Assembly (NCBI GenBank): GCA_973895155.1
Contig: OZ316894.1
Coordinates: forward strand, 12,068,828-12,132,827
DNA length: 64,000 bases
Origin: Marsupella aquatica
Taxonomy: Eukaryota > Plantae > Marchantiophyta
Reading direction: 5' to 3'
The notes under the pieces were generated by a model that was not told the DNA's origin, searched no databases, and saw nothing but the letters and a program-made list of their open reading frames with translations. The position numbers were made by a program, and so were the translations under genes. Below are positions 1 through 12,081 of this stretch, piece by piece. Every line of letters starts with the position of its first letter. Position 1 is the first letter of the stretch.

Positions 1-734
1 GAATCTGATAATACAGGATAGTGATGAACCCTATTATGGCACATTGAAAACAATACACAATGAAAAATCTTTTTAAGACAAAATACTGAAAGGTGGGTTT
101 TGGCCATTATAGCAGTGTCAATTCTCTGGAGTAGTTTCTTGTGGGATTGTACTAATCATATTCTGGGTGCTCTCAAACCAAATTCTCCACTTGAAGTCTT
201 CTTGCAGCTGTACAGCAGGTGGGATGGGAGATATCATACAACAACCTAGCAATTGAAACAGCATTTCAAAAGTAGCATCCGTGACGACAATTGATAACTG
301 GCCTCTGGTTCATTTGCAACGGCAAATGTCTATCGAGTTTCCTGTAGAGCTTATCAGCCCATTATATCTATTGGGTTGTTAAACTCAAAAGCAAAATAAT
401 GTGAAAACTGAAACCAGCTACAATGGAATGACAACTAAAAAAAGAGTGATTCAAAATGAGATCAAACATTTATGAGGGTAGCCAAATAACATTCAAAATA
501 CTCTAAGTTCACTAAATTAAGAGGAGTCCAAAAGTTAATTCAAAATCAACTTAATACAAAATGATTCACCTTATTAAGGCACATTAAAATTAAAATAATG
601 GACACAAAATCAGAATAAGACAAAATCTGAAAGGTGGATTCATCATTATAGTAACTTGATAAATTTTAGTCATTGTGAAAATCCATGGGAACATCCTGGC
701 AACCTGTAGGTCCAACTGGGCTCAAAATGTTTTG

Positions 735-932
735 CCATTCCTAGTTTTTGAGGGGGGCTAACTGGACGCCAGATGTTTTTTTAATTCCTAGGTTTTAGGG
801 GGCCTAATCGGTCGCCACATGTTTTATCTGGCGGGCTAACTGGACGCCAGATGTTTTTTAAATTCCTAGGCTTTATGGGGCCTAATCGGTCGCCACATGT
901 TTTTTAATTTCTAGTTTTCGAGGGGGCCTAAT
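735..932. repeat. Imperfect tandem array of ~40-bp units (GGG(G/C)CTAA-(C/T)-..G..GCCA(G/C)ATGTTTT), probable transposon subterminal repeats
   Basis: Two alternating variants, GGGGCTAACTGGACGCCAGATGTTTTT and GGGGCCTAATCGGTCGCCACATGTTTT, each seen twice, plus a partial unit. Confidence 0.8.
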
Positions 933-1465
933 TACGAGGTACTGTATACAGTACTCGCGGCAATGCTACTCCGCCGCCAGCTGGCAGGCGGGCGGGCAGA
1001 GGATTTAGTCGGGGGCAGGGAATCCAGGCGCCGGCGGCATAAATGTGATCGCAAATGCACACCGTACGATTCCTTCCCGCCAGATACAGAGTACGTTAGA
1101 ACAGAGGATTCGCCGTCATCGGCCGGACGGCTCCCACCGGTCGGTTCGTTGGCGTGGACGGCTTTTTCGGACGGAAGGGCTCCAGTACGTGACCGCGAAA
1201 GCATTTTACAAACGCCATGCCTTCCTGCCAGGTCAGTTCCAATCGCCTCTCTCTGAGTGCACACTCGGCCCGGGCAAACACTTATTTGGACATTTATTTG
1301 GACGGCTTGCCATGTCACATGGGTACGCCTCATACCTGAATTCAGGCTCTCAAGTCCTTGCCAAGGCAACAGCGCTGGACCCGTCCAAATTTAATCTTAA
1401 AATATATTTTGAAAAAGAGCATGGGCCCCAAGGTCTTGTAAAGCCACCCTTCTAAATGAATATTG

Positions 1466-1872
1466 AACTAGGCAAAGCAGAAGGAGAAAGAACCGTCCAC
1501 CTCTAGTAATGTCAAAGTCTTTTCCCCTTGTAGCACTTTACAAACCGGCCACAAGGTCTTGTAAAGCCATTCTTCCAGTAAATATTAGACTAGGCAAAGG
1601 AAGGGAGATAGAACCGTCCTCCTCTAGTACATCTCGTCTCTAGTTCTTTTCATCTCGTTGCACTGTACAATCCGCCCCCCACACAAGAAGAGCATGAGCC
1701 ACTCAGACTAGGTAAAGCAAGTGGAGAAAGAACCGTCCTCCTCTGCTAATGTTATTATGGTAAACCCCTAGTGTATTTGGTTGTTTTGTATTTCTATAAA
1801 ACGTTACAAGTTATTATGGTAACCCCTACTAGTGTATTTGGTTTTTTTTGTATTTCTATAAAACGTTACAAG
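1466..1872. repeat. Three spaced copies of ACTAGG(C/T)AAAG..GGAGA.AGAACCGTCC.CCTCT followed by a ~60-bp tandem duplication
   Basis: Motif copies near 1466, 1588 and 1706; GTTATTATGGTAA...AAAACGTTACAA duplicated at 1751 and 1811. Confidence 0.8.
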
Positions 1873-2208
1873 ACGTTACCCTGCAGGTGAGCCACGGAAG
1901 TCCTATGTCAGTCTCGCTTGGGGATTTTCAAATATGAACAAGAATACACACAAGTTGCAAGTGGCAACGAGTGACAGACCACAATTTTGCATTGTAAAAG
2001 CGAAATGAATGTTTTAAAAAATCAGTGGTAATTCATCCCCACTTGGAGATATTGGCAGGCTGTAGCACTCGTGAGGATTACATCTCGTTAATTAATGAGT
2101 TACCCTACACTTTTCACCTCATTGCACTTTACAAAAAACACAAAAAAAGTGCGAAACGGTTGGGAAAAAAAGGGAACACCTGTCCAGCTTCCAGTTCCGC
2201 CTTGCAAG

Positions 2209-2768
2209 AGAGCCAAGCCTCGCACTTACAAAGTGTGCACATAGGCTTACGTGACGGTGAACAACGACGATTCGACGTCGGCCGCAAAATAAAACCACAC
2301 AGAGCCAAGGCTCGCACTTATGGAGTGTGCATTTAAAAGAACGTGACGGTGCATGACACTGAGTATTCGACGTCGGGCCGCAAAATAAATCACACCGAGC
2401 TAAGGCTCGCACTTATGAGGTGTGCACTTAGGCGGAGGCGACGGTGAACATTCTCGACGTCGTGCGCGAGCGGCAGCACAGAGGGCCGAGGCTCGCGCTT
2501 ATGATGTGTGCACTTAAGCGAAGGTGACTGTGAAATTACTCTGAGGATTCGACGTCGGGTCGCAAAATAAATCACACAGAGCTAAGGCTCGCACTTATGA
2601 GGTGTGCACATAGGCTTAGGTGACGGTGAACAACGACGATTCGACGTCGGCCGCAAAATAAAACCACACAGAGCCAAGGCTCGCACTTATGAGGTGTGCA
2701 CTTAGGCGGAGGTGACGGCGAATTACAGTGAGGATTCGACGTCGGCCGCAAACAATCGAAACACAGAG
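2209..2768. repeat. Tandem array, 6 units of ~86-96 bp
   Basis: CTCGC(A/G)CTTA anchor at ~2219, 2311, 2406, 2492, 2588 and 2680; every unit also contains TCGACGTCG. Confidence 0.92.
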
Positions 2769-4768
2769 TAGTGTAGTGTGGTCGAGGAGTCGAGGAGTCG
2801 AGCATTGTGGTCGAGGAGTCGAGTAGGACAGAAGAGACGGGGCGAGCTAGCGAGGGGGAGGGGGAGGGGAGGGGCGTGGCGTGTCATGGTCGCGGACCTT
2901 CGAGCACCCCTCACTTTGCGTCCGCCCTTTTCGCTCTTCCGGTTGCAGCAGTAAATTTAGTTCGCGTCCTCTTTGCCCCGTCAATTGCCTCCTTGCTGCA
3001 AGAATACACGAGGCGGAATCGTGTTTTTGTTGTGGTTGTTGTTGTGCTGTTGCCGCAGCGATTGGACAGGGAACGAGGGAGAACGAGGGAGAAGGAGAGA
3101 GAGAACGAGAACTGAGGTGGAACGAGCAGCGGAGGAATTGCGAGTCTAGGACTGAAAAGTTCTGAGAGCGAAATTGAGTAACGAGGAACGGAGCGCGCAA
3201 GGAGGCGGAATTGTTGATCTTGGCGGAGGGACTGACTGGAAATAGCGAGCGAGGGCGAGAAAGGGAGGAAAAGGAACGGATTGTGAGTCGAGTACAGAAA
3301 GCGCCGAGAAAGAGAGTGAGGAGGAAGGGAGAGAAACAGGGAACGAAAAGAAAATTAGTTTAGGAGTTCCACTTGGAAAGCGACGAGTCAATGAGATCGT
3401 TCAGGTGCTGCGCCACTTCTTGGAAGTGCGGATCAGGAGCCGTTTTAATTTGACAGAGTTTAAAGTTTGAGAGGGCACGAAGGAAGGGCGGGGATCTGAT
3501 TTTACTTCTCCTCTGTAGGCAGTCGTTCTCTGTAGGCAGTCGTTTGGAGGAGTTGGATATAGGGGGGTCGAGCAGGTTTTGGCGGTAAGATTCTCCACAA
3601 TTGGACGGACGGACGAGTTGCACAGGTGCGGTGTTGGGTCAGCCCGGGAGAGAGGCACGCTTGGTCACTGTACCGAGATCGGTGCTGTTGCAATTGCAGA
3701 GGTACTGCTCCGATCGATGACCTGAGCCTTCTTTCTGCTGAATGTTTTTCTTCGTGCATGTGTAAAGCAAAGGGAATACTAAAATAGGACCTTACTGAAT
3801 TCTTCACGAGCTTGAGCTCTGATGATCATTGTTCGAGGCAGTGAAGGGTCGTCAAATAGTCGCGAAAGGCGGCAATTTGCAGTGCTAATTTGATCGATTC
3901 GGAAGTGAGCTTTCGTTGATTTGTTCACACTTGGATCCGAAACAGCTCTCTGGAAGAAAACTTGTAGCACACGGAAAGCTTGATCTCCGGAAACCTTGAA
4001 GTCCTGCTCTTGGGTGCTTCTACTCCGGGCTCCTACTTGGTGCCTGCAAACGCTGTACATCAAGCTCTTGTAACCGAAATTCTCGGCTCTTCCACTTCTA
4101 GTTGAGGAGAAGTTGATCCCGATTTGGTACGAGACAATCATTCATGCAGCCATTTGGAGTTCCCGTGATGAGGTTTTTGTGCGTGAGTGATATAGGTCGA
4201 GATACGGTGGCTACTTCTGGTGGGGTAATAGACATAGTTTTTAGAGGAGATTTGAATCAATTGTGGTTTAGGGATTCCTAGTACCATCTCTTTAGTCTGC
4301 CTCAAGCTGCGATGTGCACAGCACGCGCTCTGAAAATCAGTACACTAGTATGTCATTTCATCCACTTCGAGATTCTGATCTCAAGTATTGTACTTTCCGT
4401 TCGAAACGATTTTTGAACGAGTGAGGTTCTCGCTTATCACTCCTGTCTCGAGCAGTAGCGAGTTTCAGTAGTCAACCGAGCACAGTCCAAATTAGCTCTG
4501 ATTTGGGCTGGAGGAAAGAGTAGTAATGGTCATGGCTGCGGCTAGTATTTGATTTGCAATGACTACGTGAGTCTGATTTGAATGTGTATCTTTCATTCTT
4601 GGGGGTTGGATGTCCGGCTGACAGCGGGGAGATTCAATCTTTGCTTTGCGTAGCTATATTAGTAAATTATTTGACGGTGTACTCACATCAGCGGGGAAAG
4701 ATTTTGAAAGTAATATCCTATGGTTCCTTTTTCTTGCGGCAGGAGCATCCATCTAGGGAAGAGGGACC

Positions 4769-6604
4769 ATGGAAGGGATAATAGTTGGGCTGAGTTCTAT
4801 TACTCCGATGAAGGTTGGAAGCTGTCCATCACGACTTCCTGGGGACTCGAGGTTATCAGGAATGGGATTAGTTAGCGGGGGGATGGTTAGGGGGAGGAAA
4901 GTAACGCGAGTTCAGGTACATTGTGCTTACAACTCCAATTCTCGTTCCAGTGACGATGCAATGGGAGGAGATCCGCGGGTTCAACAGATGCTGGTAGAAA
5001 TGGTTCAAATCCAATTGGGTAAGACTCGTATGAACGACTTCGTTGATGAACGGTCGGAGTACATGAGGAGTATTGCGGAGGAAGCTCAGCGAGAGTATAA
5101 TCGCATTGCTCTAAGGACGATGAAGGGTCTTGATGCGACCGGGAGTAGGGTAATTTATCTGCCTACTTCTGTGTGGTTACTGACCTGGTATAGTCCTTGT
5201 AAGGAAGATGACGGTTTGTGATACGTAGTCTACCGGGTTGTAGTGATGGCCGTTCTATTTCAGGCCATACCTGCAGCTCATCACTCTGTCGGCATCAAAC
5301 GCCAGTGTGATTGCATAAATTGGGAGCATTTTCGTGAGACAGCGGAAGTGGATCAGAAAGTGTATTATTGCTGCGTCTCTGCGGGATCTACTCTGGAGAC
5401 TGATGCTTTTATTTTCCAGGTTCTTCGGCAGCTAGATCAAGATGCTTATGCTATTGAGCGAGAATTGAAAACAGCGCGTGCTGAATTGGAGGTACTCTAG
5501 GGTCTTCTCACCTGAGTAAAGGAGATTTTCTCTTCAACGAGATTTTTGTCTTTCTCCTGGGATTGGGATGCCAAAGCTCTCCTCTGTTTCATCCCGCAAC
5601 TTTACTGGTTGTTTGTCGTCTGCATTACTAAGAAATGACGGGCATGTTTTCAATGCAGGCACAGCAGAAAGAATTTGAAGAGTATCAAATTCGATCGACG
5701 TATTCCAGAAATGAGGGTTTATTTTTCAAGAATCTCTATCCAGCGCCTCTGACAGTTCGAAGCCGATCTACTATGTACAAACCAAAGTATCAAGAGGTAA
5801 AATGAGAAACCTAACTATGTATCGCATTCGTCGCTCTCAAGGTTGAGGACTGCGATTAAGAGGTTGGACGAGAATCTGAAGATGTAACACTCAACATTAT
5901 ATTGTGGACTTCTAGTCAGAGGATGCGTGACACAATATATCGAAGTATAGTGTTGGCGGATGAAAACATCTTCCCTTGGTGAATCTCTTGTCTTGACATA
6001 TTTTGTTCTCCGAGCAGTCATACTGATCACACGTTTTTTTCACTTCTAGGAAATTACAATTGTGGCAGCTTCTCCAACTAGGGACTTCAGTGCTAGCTAC
6101 AGGCAGATTCTCTACGGGGGCCTTTCCTTGGTTATCGTTTCCTTTATGTGGAGTTCCAGCTCAGGTAACTTCTAGACTAAAATTGTGGGGCCATGACGTC
6201 ATGTTTTATTCCCATTCTACTTTTGAGGTTGAAATATTATCAACAAAAGGGGGACTATTGCGTATCCTATCTGGTAGGTATTGCAATGGCATGAATGACT
6301 GCTGGCTAAGGTGCAGCGTTTTACCCATCTAATTTGTGATCGTGGTCTAGTTGTGTATCCGATTGACCTTGGGGATCGTGGTTGCATTTCAGCTTTCTTC
6401 GCAGGAACGATGATGCGGACTTCAAAACTCGCTTCGTATGGTTTAATTCTGTCCATTCTAATGACGCAACTAGCGTACGTCAGAGTCCTCACCGGAGAGC
6501 CAGAACGAGATTCAACTAGAAGCGATTCGAAGGTCAAAGATGTTTCTAATGTTACCGACGCACTTCCGAAGGAGGGATCAAGTACCTCTGATCCAAAAGA
6601 GTGA
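4769..6604 (+). CDS. Putative plastid-targeted coiled-coil protein with two C-terminal hydrophobic segments (resembles the Arabidopsis AT3G09050 family)
   Basis: GT-AG exons 4769-5149, 5420-5491, 5659-5796, 6050-6164 and 6405-6604 join in frame. Ser/Arg-rich transit-peptide-like N-terminus; motifs DFVDERSEY and RNEGLFFKNL recalled from this plant family; hydrophobic ILYGGLSLVIVSFMW and LASYGLILSILMTQLAY. Confidence 0.8.
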
Positions 6605-7197
6605 CCAGTAGTGGACCAGCCTTGTACACAAGGTTCTGTATAGTTTCAATTCCTTTTTCATCGCCAAGATCGTCTGTACAGTTAAGTTGAATTTTTGTGA
6701 CGGCATCAATTGTTTTCAAATCTAAAGTTAAGATTTACGGCTGGCTGCGACTATAATCGGCCACAATAGTGCATTTTCTTCCCCTATAGTTTTGTATATT
6801 AGTTCAAATAGTTGAAATGCGAAAGCACATCATTCTTTCCAGGCATGTACACGTCTGTGCGCGTTCAATAATATCTAAAACTCGAATATGTACATTTCTG
6901 TGCACGCCTTGTTCTATTGGACATCGACCCCCTGTGATTGTACGGGCCTGAGTATCTGGGTTTTAAGCTTCATGAGCGAAGCTAAGATGCAAATTCATTT
7001 TCGATTGCATTGCGGATTGATTTGCTCCAGACTCTGATGGTTTGGGTACGAGAGTACTTTTCTTTCTTCAAAAGTCAGTCCACGCTGTGTAAACGCGATT
7101 CTGATGCGGATCGAAACTGACAGTAGCGTCTCTTTGTTTTCAGATACTTTTTACCCCGCTTCTTTCATTTGCTTTCTTGAGCCACGAACGGCGAGTT

Positions 7198-7560
7198 TAT
7201 GGTTTCCAGTCTGAATGACATATCACTAGATAGTAGGCGTTTGGCATTCTTGAGAAGCGAAAGGCAACTTAACGGTTTCCAGTTCTAATGTCATTTCACT
7301 AGATAGTAGGCGTTTCTTGCATTCGGTATTCTAGAGAAGCGAAAGGCAACAGCACGGTTTCCAGTCTTAATGACATTTCACAGATAGTAGGCGGTCCTTG
7401 CATTTGGCATTCTTGAAAGCGGAGGGCAACTTTCATGGTTTCCATCTTAATGACATTTCACCTAGGCGTGTCTTGCACTTGGCATTCTTGAGAAGCGAAA
7501 GGTAGTTAATTGTTTCCAGTCTTGAATGACATCTGACTAGAAGATTAGAAGATAGGCGTT
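7198..7560. repeat. Tandem array of ~60-70-bp units (GGTTTCCAGTCT.AATGACAT.TCACTAGATAGTAGGCGT...GGCATTCTTGAGAAGCGAAAGGCAAC), about 5 copies
   Basis: Units start near 7201, 7274, 7356, 7437 and 7512. Confidence 0.9.
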
Positions 7561-7794
7561 CCATATGCCCAAAATCGCAGTGAATCCAATCTCGGTTTGG
7601 GCTTCGATCTCGAAGGACTCCATTCGTGACTCCAGTCTTTTCTTTTTAAGGCTTTTCTTTTTAAAATTAATTAGTTAAAGGGAAATCTGTAAAACCCCAC
7701 AAAAAGGGGATAATGAGTAACATTTGAAGTCTAGATTTAGTCAGCTACCACAGCCATACCGCTCTGAGCTCCACGACTCCAGCATTTAGACAGT

Positions 7795-8003
7795 CTGAAC
7801 GTTCAGAGAGACGACATACTCCCAGTTGTGAAAGGTGAAGGAACTCGAAATCCTCAATCTACGAGGACAGGGATGACACATCACCACTATGATAATTCAT
7901 AGCCTGAACGTTCAGAGAGACGACAGGCTCTTAGTTCTTGAAGGTGAAGGAACTCGAAATCCTCAATCAACAAGTGAGTACACGGATGACACATCACCAC
8001 TAT
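7795..8003. repeat. ~110-bp tandem duplication
   Basis: CTGAACGTTCAGAGAGACGACA...GAAGGAACTCGAAATCCTCAATC...GGATGACACATCACCACTAT present twice. Confidence 0.85.
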
Positions 8004-8308
8004 TATTCAGTATGCAGAATCCTAACGTACTGCATCACCCTTTATTGCCCACATGGTTTCATGACCTCATGAATTTATGCCCCGTCAGTGGTCTCATTAC
8101 TAGGATGCTGAATGTCCGTTCCAGGACTTGACATCTAACATGTCAACTGCAATAACACGTATAACTAGAACGGCCTTGGATCATTACAGTGCTTCATTCT
8201 AACAAGGAGTTGTCCAGCCTACTGAAAGCAAACGGGGAAAAATCTACTTGATTACACCGGAATTAACATCAAGCGCCGTGCCCAAATGAATTATTGACAA
8301 TGGGAGCT

Positions 8309-10583
8309 CTAAGTATACATATATTCGCCACCAGGAAGAGCATTTTCTCTGCCCTTTCTTTCCTCTTCCGCTTCACGATCCCGCTCTTTCTGGAGTTCAT
8401 ATTCCATGTCATCTGTTTTCATCTCGTATCTGCATATTGGACATGAATTGTGTGCCTCCTGGAAACACGAAAAAACATTCATTTGTGAGACGCAACAGGA
8501 ATTCACTTGCACCAAGATGAGAAGCTGCCAATTTGAATCATCAAGGTAACTCTGAACAATGAAGGAACTAGAAGAGCTTACCAGCCAGGGCTTGAGGCAG
8601 TCCGGATGAAAGGAATGTTTGCAAGGCATTTCTTGCATCTGGTCTCCCACCACCAGGGTTTCCCGACAAACTGCACACTCTGTACCTTCTTCCAGCCGTG
8701 CTAGCACTTCTTCAGTCACTTCGATTATATTTAACTTTGCAACCTCCTCTTTCGAGGCTGGAGGTGGACCATGGGATCCATTACGAATCTCCTGTAGAAA
8801 AATAGAATACCCAAGGGTTTGAACCTTTATGCAATTATCGTAATTCAATCAACCTAAAATTATAAACTCACAGCACAGTAACTTCAAGTAACGTTATCCC
8901 TCCTAGCTCTCTCTACTCAGAGGTGGTTTGCTATTACCATCGACATCATGTCACAGCAATTTACGAGCGCGCTTCACAAGCCAGAATTCTTACCTCCAGT
9001 AGAACTCAAGAACAACACAGTGGAAGACACACAAGAACCAAAGAGAGAACTACATACTTGCAGTGTGGCATTGATGGCTTCCTCTAATCCAATAAATTGG
9101 CCGCGCGCAAAGGCATCCGTTCCGATGCTAGCTAATATATTTTCCAATCGGCGGTGAAACTCTTCCATTTGAGCTGGATTATCTCTATTGACGTGGATAT
9201 TATGGGGAGGATGTCCATTCTCAGTACTCATATCAGTCAGTAGTTGGTCAGCTGCATTCTGAATGACCAGCCAAGGAGGGCGCGGAGGCTCAGCTCCCAG
9301 GGTGAGTTGTCCCTCGAAAAGGTATCCCGAACCTGCAAGCTCACAAGTCATACAACAGGTTTAGTCCTGCAGCACCATCCGGAAATATGAGTACAAGCAA
9401 CAAAGGGCACTAGATTTAGATGAGAAACTGGTTCAGAGTTCACGAATCGCTTACTTGTTCCTGCTCGCATATGGGGCTCTACATCCTCTCCTTCCTCCTG
9501 CTCCTTGAGAAACTGACGAGCCTTGGCAACACAAACTCGCAAATGCCTCTTCTCGTCCGGATCTTGCACCACGTCTTCAGCCTGTTCGAGAAGTCTGACG
9601 CCTGCCGCCCAGAAACCTGGGCTAGTGTATCGAGATTGCAGCAGCGTGGCTGCCCGACAAGAGGCTAAATACATCTGCATATCATTTCAACATCATATCA
9701 TTCAAATAATATTGACCTCAATCCTCCTATTTACTAAAGAGCTGATACCGTAAGGCAACCCAACTGTGCACTTCACCGAGGGCCAAGGTTTACGTTTTGA
9801 CAGTACTAAAGAAAGGCTCCGGAACTACTGAAGGGGAGACAAATGGTTGCTTCAATGAGAAGTAACCTACCAGGAAAGAGGAGCGACAAACATTGCAGGT
9901 AGAGTACCTACATGAATGTTTGGTACTGAAGATACATGACAACAAATTTTCCTCCAAGTAATGATGGATAAAATTTGAAACTAGAAGACCCGCCTTAAGG
10001 GAGGGGAGAACAGAGTCGGAAGGGTTTTCGACAAATTCCAGAGTCTATGCGGAGAGTAAGGTCAAGTGGACTCAACGCAAGCGACGGCAAGGGAATGAAC
10101 GGATTGAATTGTTGGGGGCCCGAGACATCAGAATTGAACTTCACCAGAATTTCTACATGCTCCCTGTAGATCCGACTGGCTCGACGTAGCCACGAGCAGA
10201 GAGATACAGACAGACAGATCACTATAACTTCTGGAAATTCGTCCGCGTCCAATTCAGAGCACGACGAAACAAAACATAATAAAGGAATCCAATCCAACCC
10301 AATCGACATTCCACCGCTTATTCCAAGGAAGCAAATCAAAGAACTCTCGACCAAGCAATGAGAGCCGAGAGGAGGACAAAAGTCGATAACATCGCAGATA
10401 CACTGGATGGCGGACGAGACAGACACTCACCGCCCGTTTTTCCGCGGCTGACGCATTTTCGTACGTATCACGGAACATAATTGTGAGAGAAGCCACGGCT
10501 CCCTCAAATGTGGCCTTCTTAGTCAGCTCTTTCTGCAACCCTGCCACCACGAGCTCCAGAGACTCTCGATCTCCCTTCCCCAT
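8309..10583 (-). CDS. AIP2: RING-H2 E3 ubiquitin ligase, ABI3-interacting protein 2 type
   Basis: Exons 10583-10431, 9674-9455, 9332-9058, 8791-8582 and 8458-8309. AIP2-like motifs RYTSPGFWAAG, GYLFEGQLT, PPPASKE, RING-H2 CAVCRE...MPCKHSFHPDCLKPWL/EAHNSCPICR, and C-terminal EEERKGRENALPGGEYMY. Confidence 0.93.
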
Positions 10584-11125
10584 CTCCGTCTCTCCTCCTT
10601 CGCCTCACAACCTCTTCCGATTGATCTCTCCACCTCTTTCCCCGTTCAGAATCGTCGTCACTGCCTCATCGCTTCCTCTCCTCTCCTCTCCTCTCCTCTC
10701 CTCTCCTCTGTCCAGGAATTTTTCCTAGTTTCTAGACTGGATGATCCTCTATTTCCTGCAACTCTGAAGGATTGCCTGATCGCAATTGCTTTGGTTTCAA
10801 TGCTGAACCACGACGGGAAAGTGGCGCATCTTCCAAAAAAAGTCCCGATGAATGACGCTGTACATCATCATCCATACACTCCTACTGTTGGAAGAAAGAA
10901 ACAATTTACTCCTCTAGATTGTTCGGGTTGTTTAATATGCCTTGGAGCTGAAGAGAGTATCGGTGACCCGCCCTTCGCCCTTCGCCCATTGTTTATTCAT
11001 TTCGGCAAAGGAGTGTGAGAGGCGACTTCCCCTCCCCCCCTCTTGAAAAAAGTGTCTTTATTCAAAAACATGTCACAAAAAAGGGTAGCCCAAAACAATG
11101 AGGTTGGGAGGTTGGGAGGTTGTTA

Positions 11126-11545
11126 GAGCATCTCCAACCCAACCCAACTGAGTTTTGTTAGAGTAATGGGGACCCAACTCGAAGGGGCTTTGTTAGAGTG
11201 ATGGGGTGTTGACCAAACCCAGTATAGAAAATCCAAAAAGTCAGGTCCAACACACTCACTATAATGCTATTGGAGTTTCAGGAATGGTTTTTTTGCTAAG
11301 GGATCTGTATATGGAAGACATTATACAGTAGTTGCTCCTTAGTGGCTTCATTGTTGGGTTTATAAGATTTCAGTCTAGGGTTGTCAGATGTTGAGGCCTG
11401 CTGTTTGGGGAAATTACCTCAGCAAGGTTGGGATTGCTTTTCAATTGGCAATGATAAATACTTACAGTGGACTAAAGAAAGGAAGTTGTCAAAGTGAGTA
11501 TTTGATGTACTCAGTAAGCAAAATCCCCATGGGTTGGAGATGCTC
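11126..11545. mobile_element. PIF/Harbinger (Tourist-like) MITE, 420 bp
   Basis: Perfect TIRs GAGCATCTCCAACCC / GGGTTGGAGATGCTC with a TTA target duplication on both sides (11123-11125 and 11546-11548). Confidence 0.92.
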
Positions 11546-11909
11546 TTAACCCCATCACTTGTGGGCGGATTGCAAAATTAGAGAATGCCATCAGACACTC
11601 GCATGAGCCAAGCTTCCTCTCAAGAGATATTGCTGAGTGATTTCTTCTCTTGGCGCCTCACCTAGGTGGAAATTCTCTACTTGGCTGATCTCAGTGAATC
11701 ACTTTTTCTTTTGTCTTGCTGATCTGGAAATTTTCCATTTGGGTGCCCTTGCTGAGTCACTTTTCATTCAGGGGCCCTTTGGGTGAGAACTTCCAGGAAA
11801 GAAACCCACATTGTTAACCTTGTTGAGTCACCCTTTTGGACTTGGTGGGCTTGCTGAATTGGAAAGTTCCGTATTCAAACGACTGATGGGAGCGACTGAT
11901 ACCTGATAC

Positions 11910-12081
11910 TAGGGCATGTCAAAGTCCTCCCGTAAGCAGAGTCTTACGACTGTGGATGTTTGGACGTAAAATGCTTACGGGGTATGTGTTTTGGTCTCAT
12001 GTACTGATTTTGTCTTTGGCTGTAAAAGAAATTTATGTCCTGATTTGTAACTGAGTTACAGGCCTGTTTTGACACGCCCTA
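11910..12081. mobile_element. hAT-like MITE, 172 bp
   Basis: 14-bp TIR TAGGGCATGTCAAA / TTTGACACGCCCTA with 1 mismatch; no recognisable 8-bp TSD. Confidence 0.6.

Noticed and set aside
2209-2768. CRISPR-like array (conserved blocks with variable segments)
   Set aside because: The variable parts are homologous to each other and reused, the context is eukaryotic, and there are no cas genes.
932-4141. Numerous 60-145-aa ORFs
   Set aside because: Overlapping ORFs in repeats and a GA-rich probable 5' UTR/intron; no motifs or consistent splice structure.
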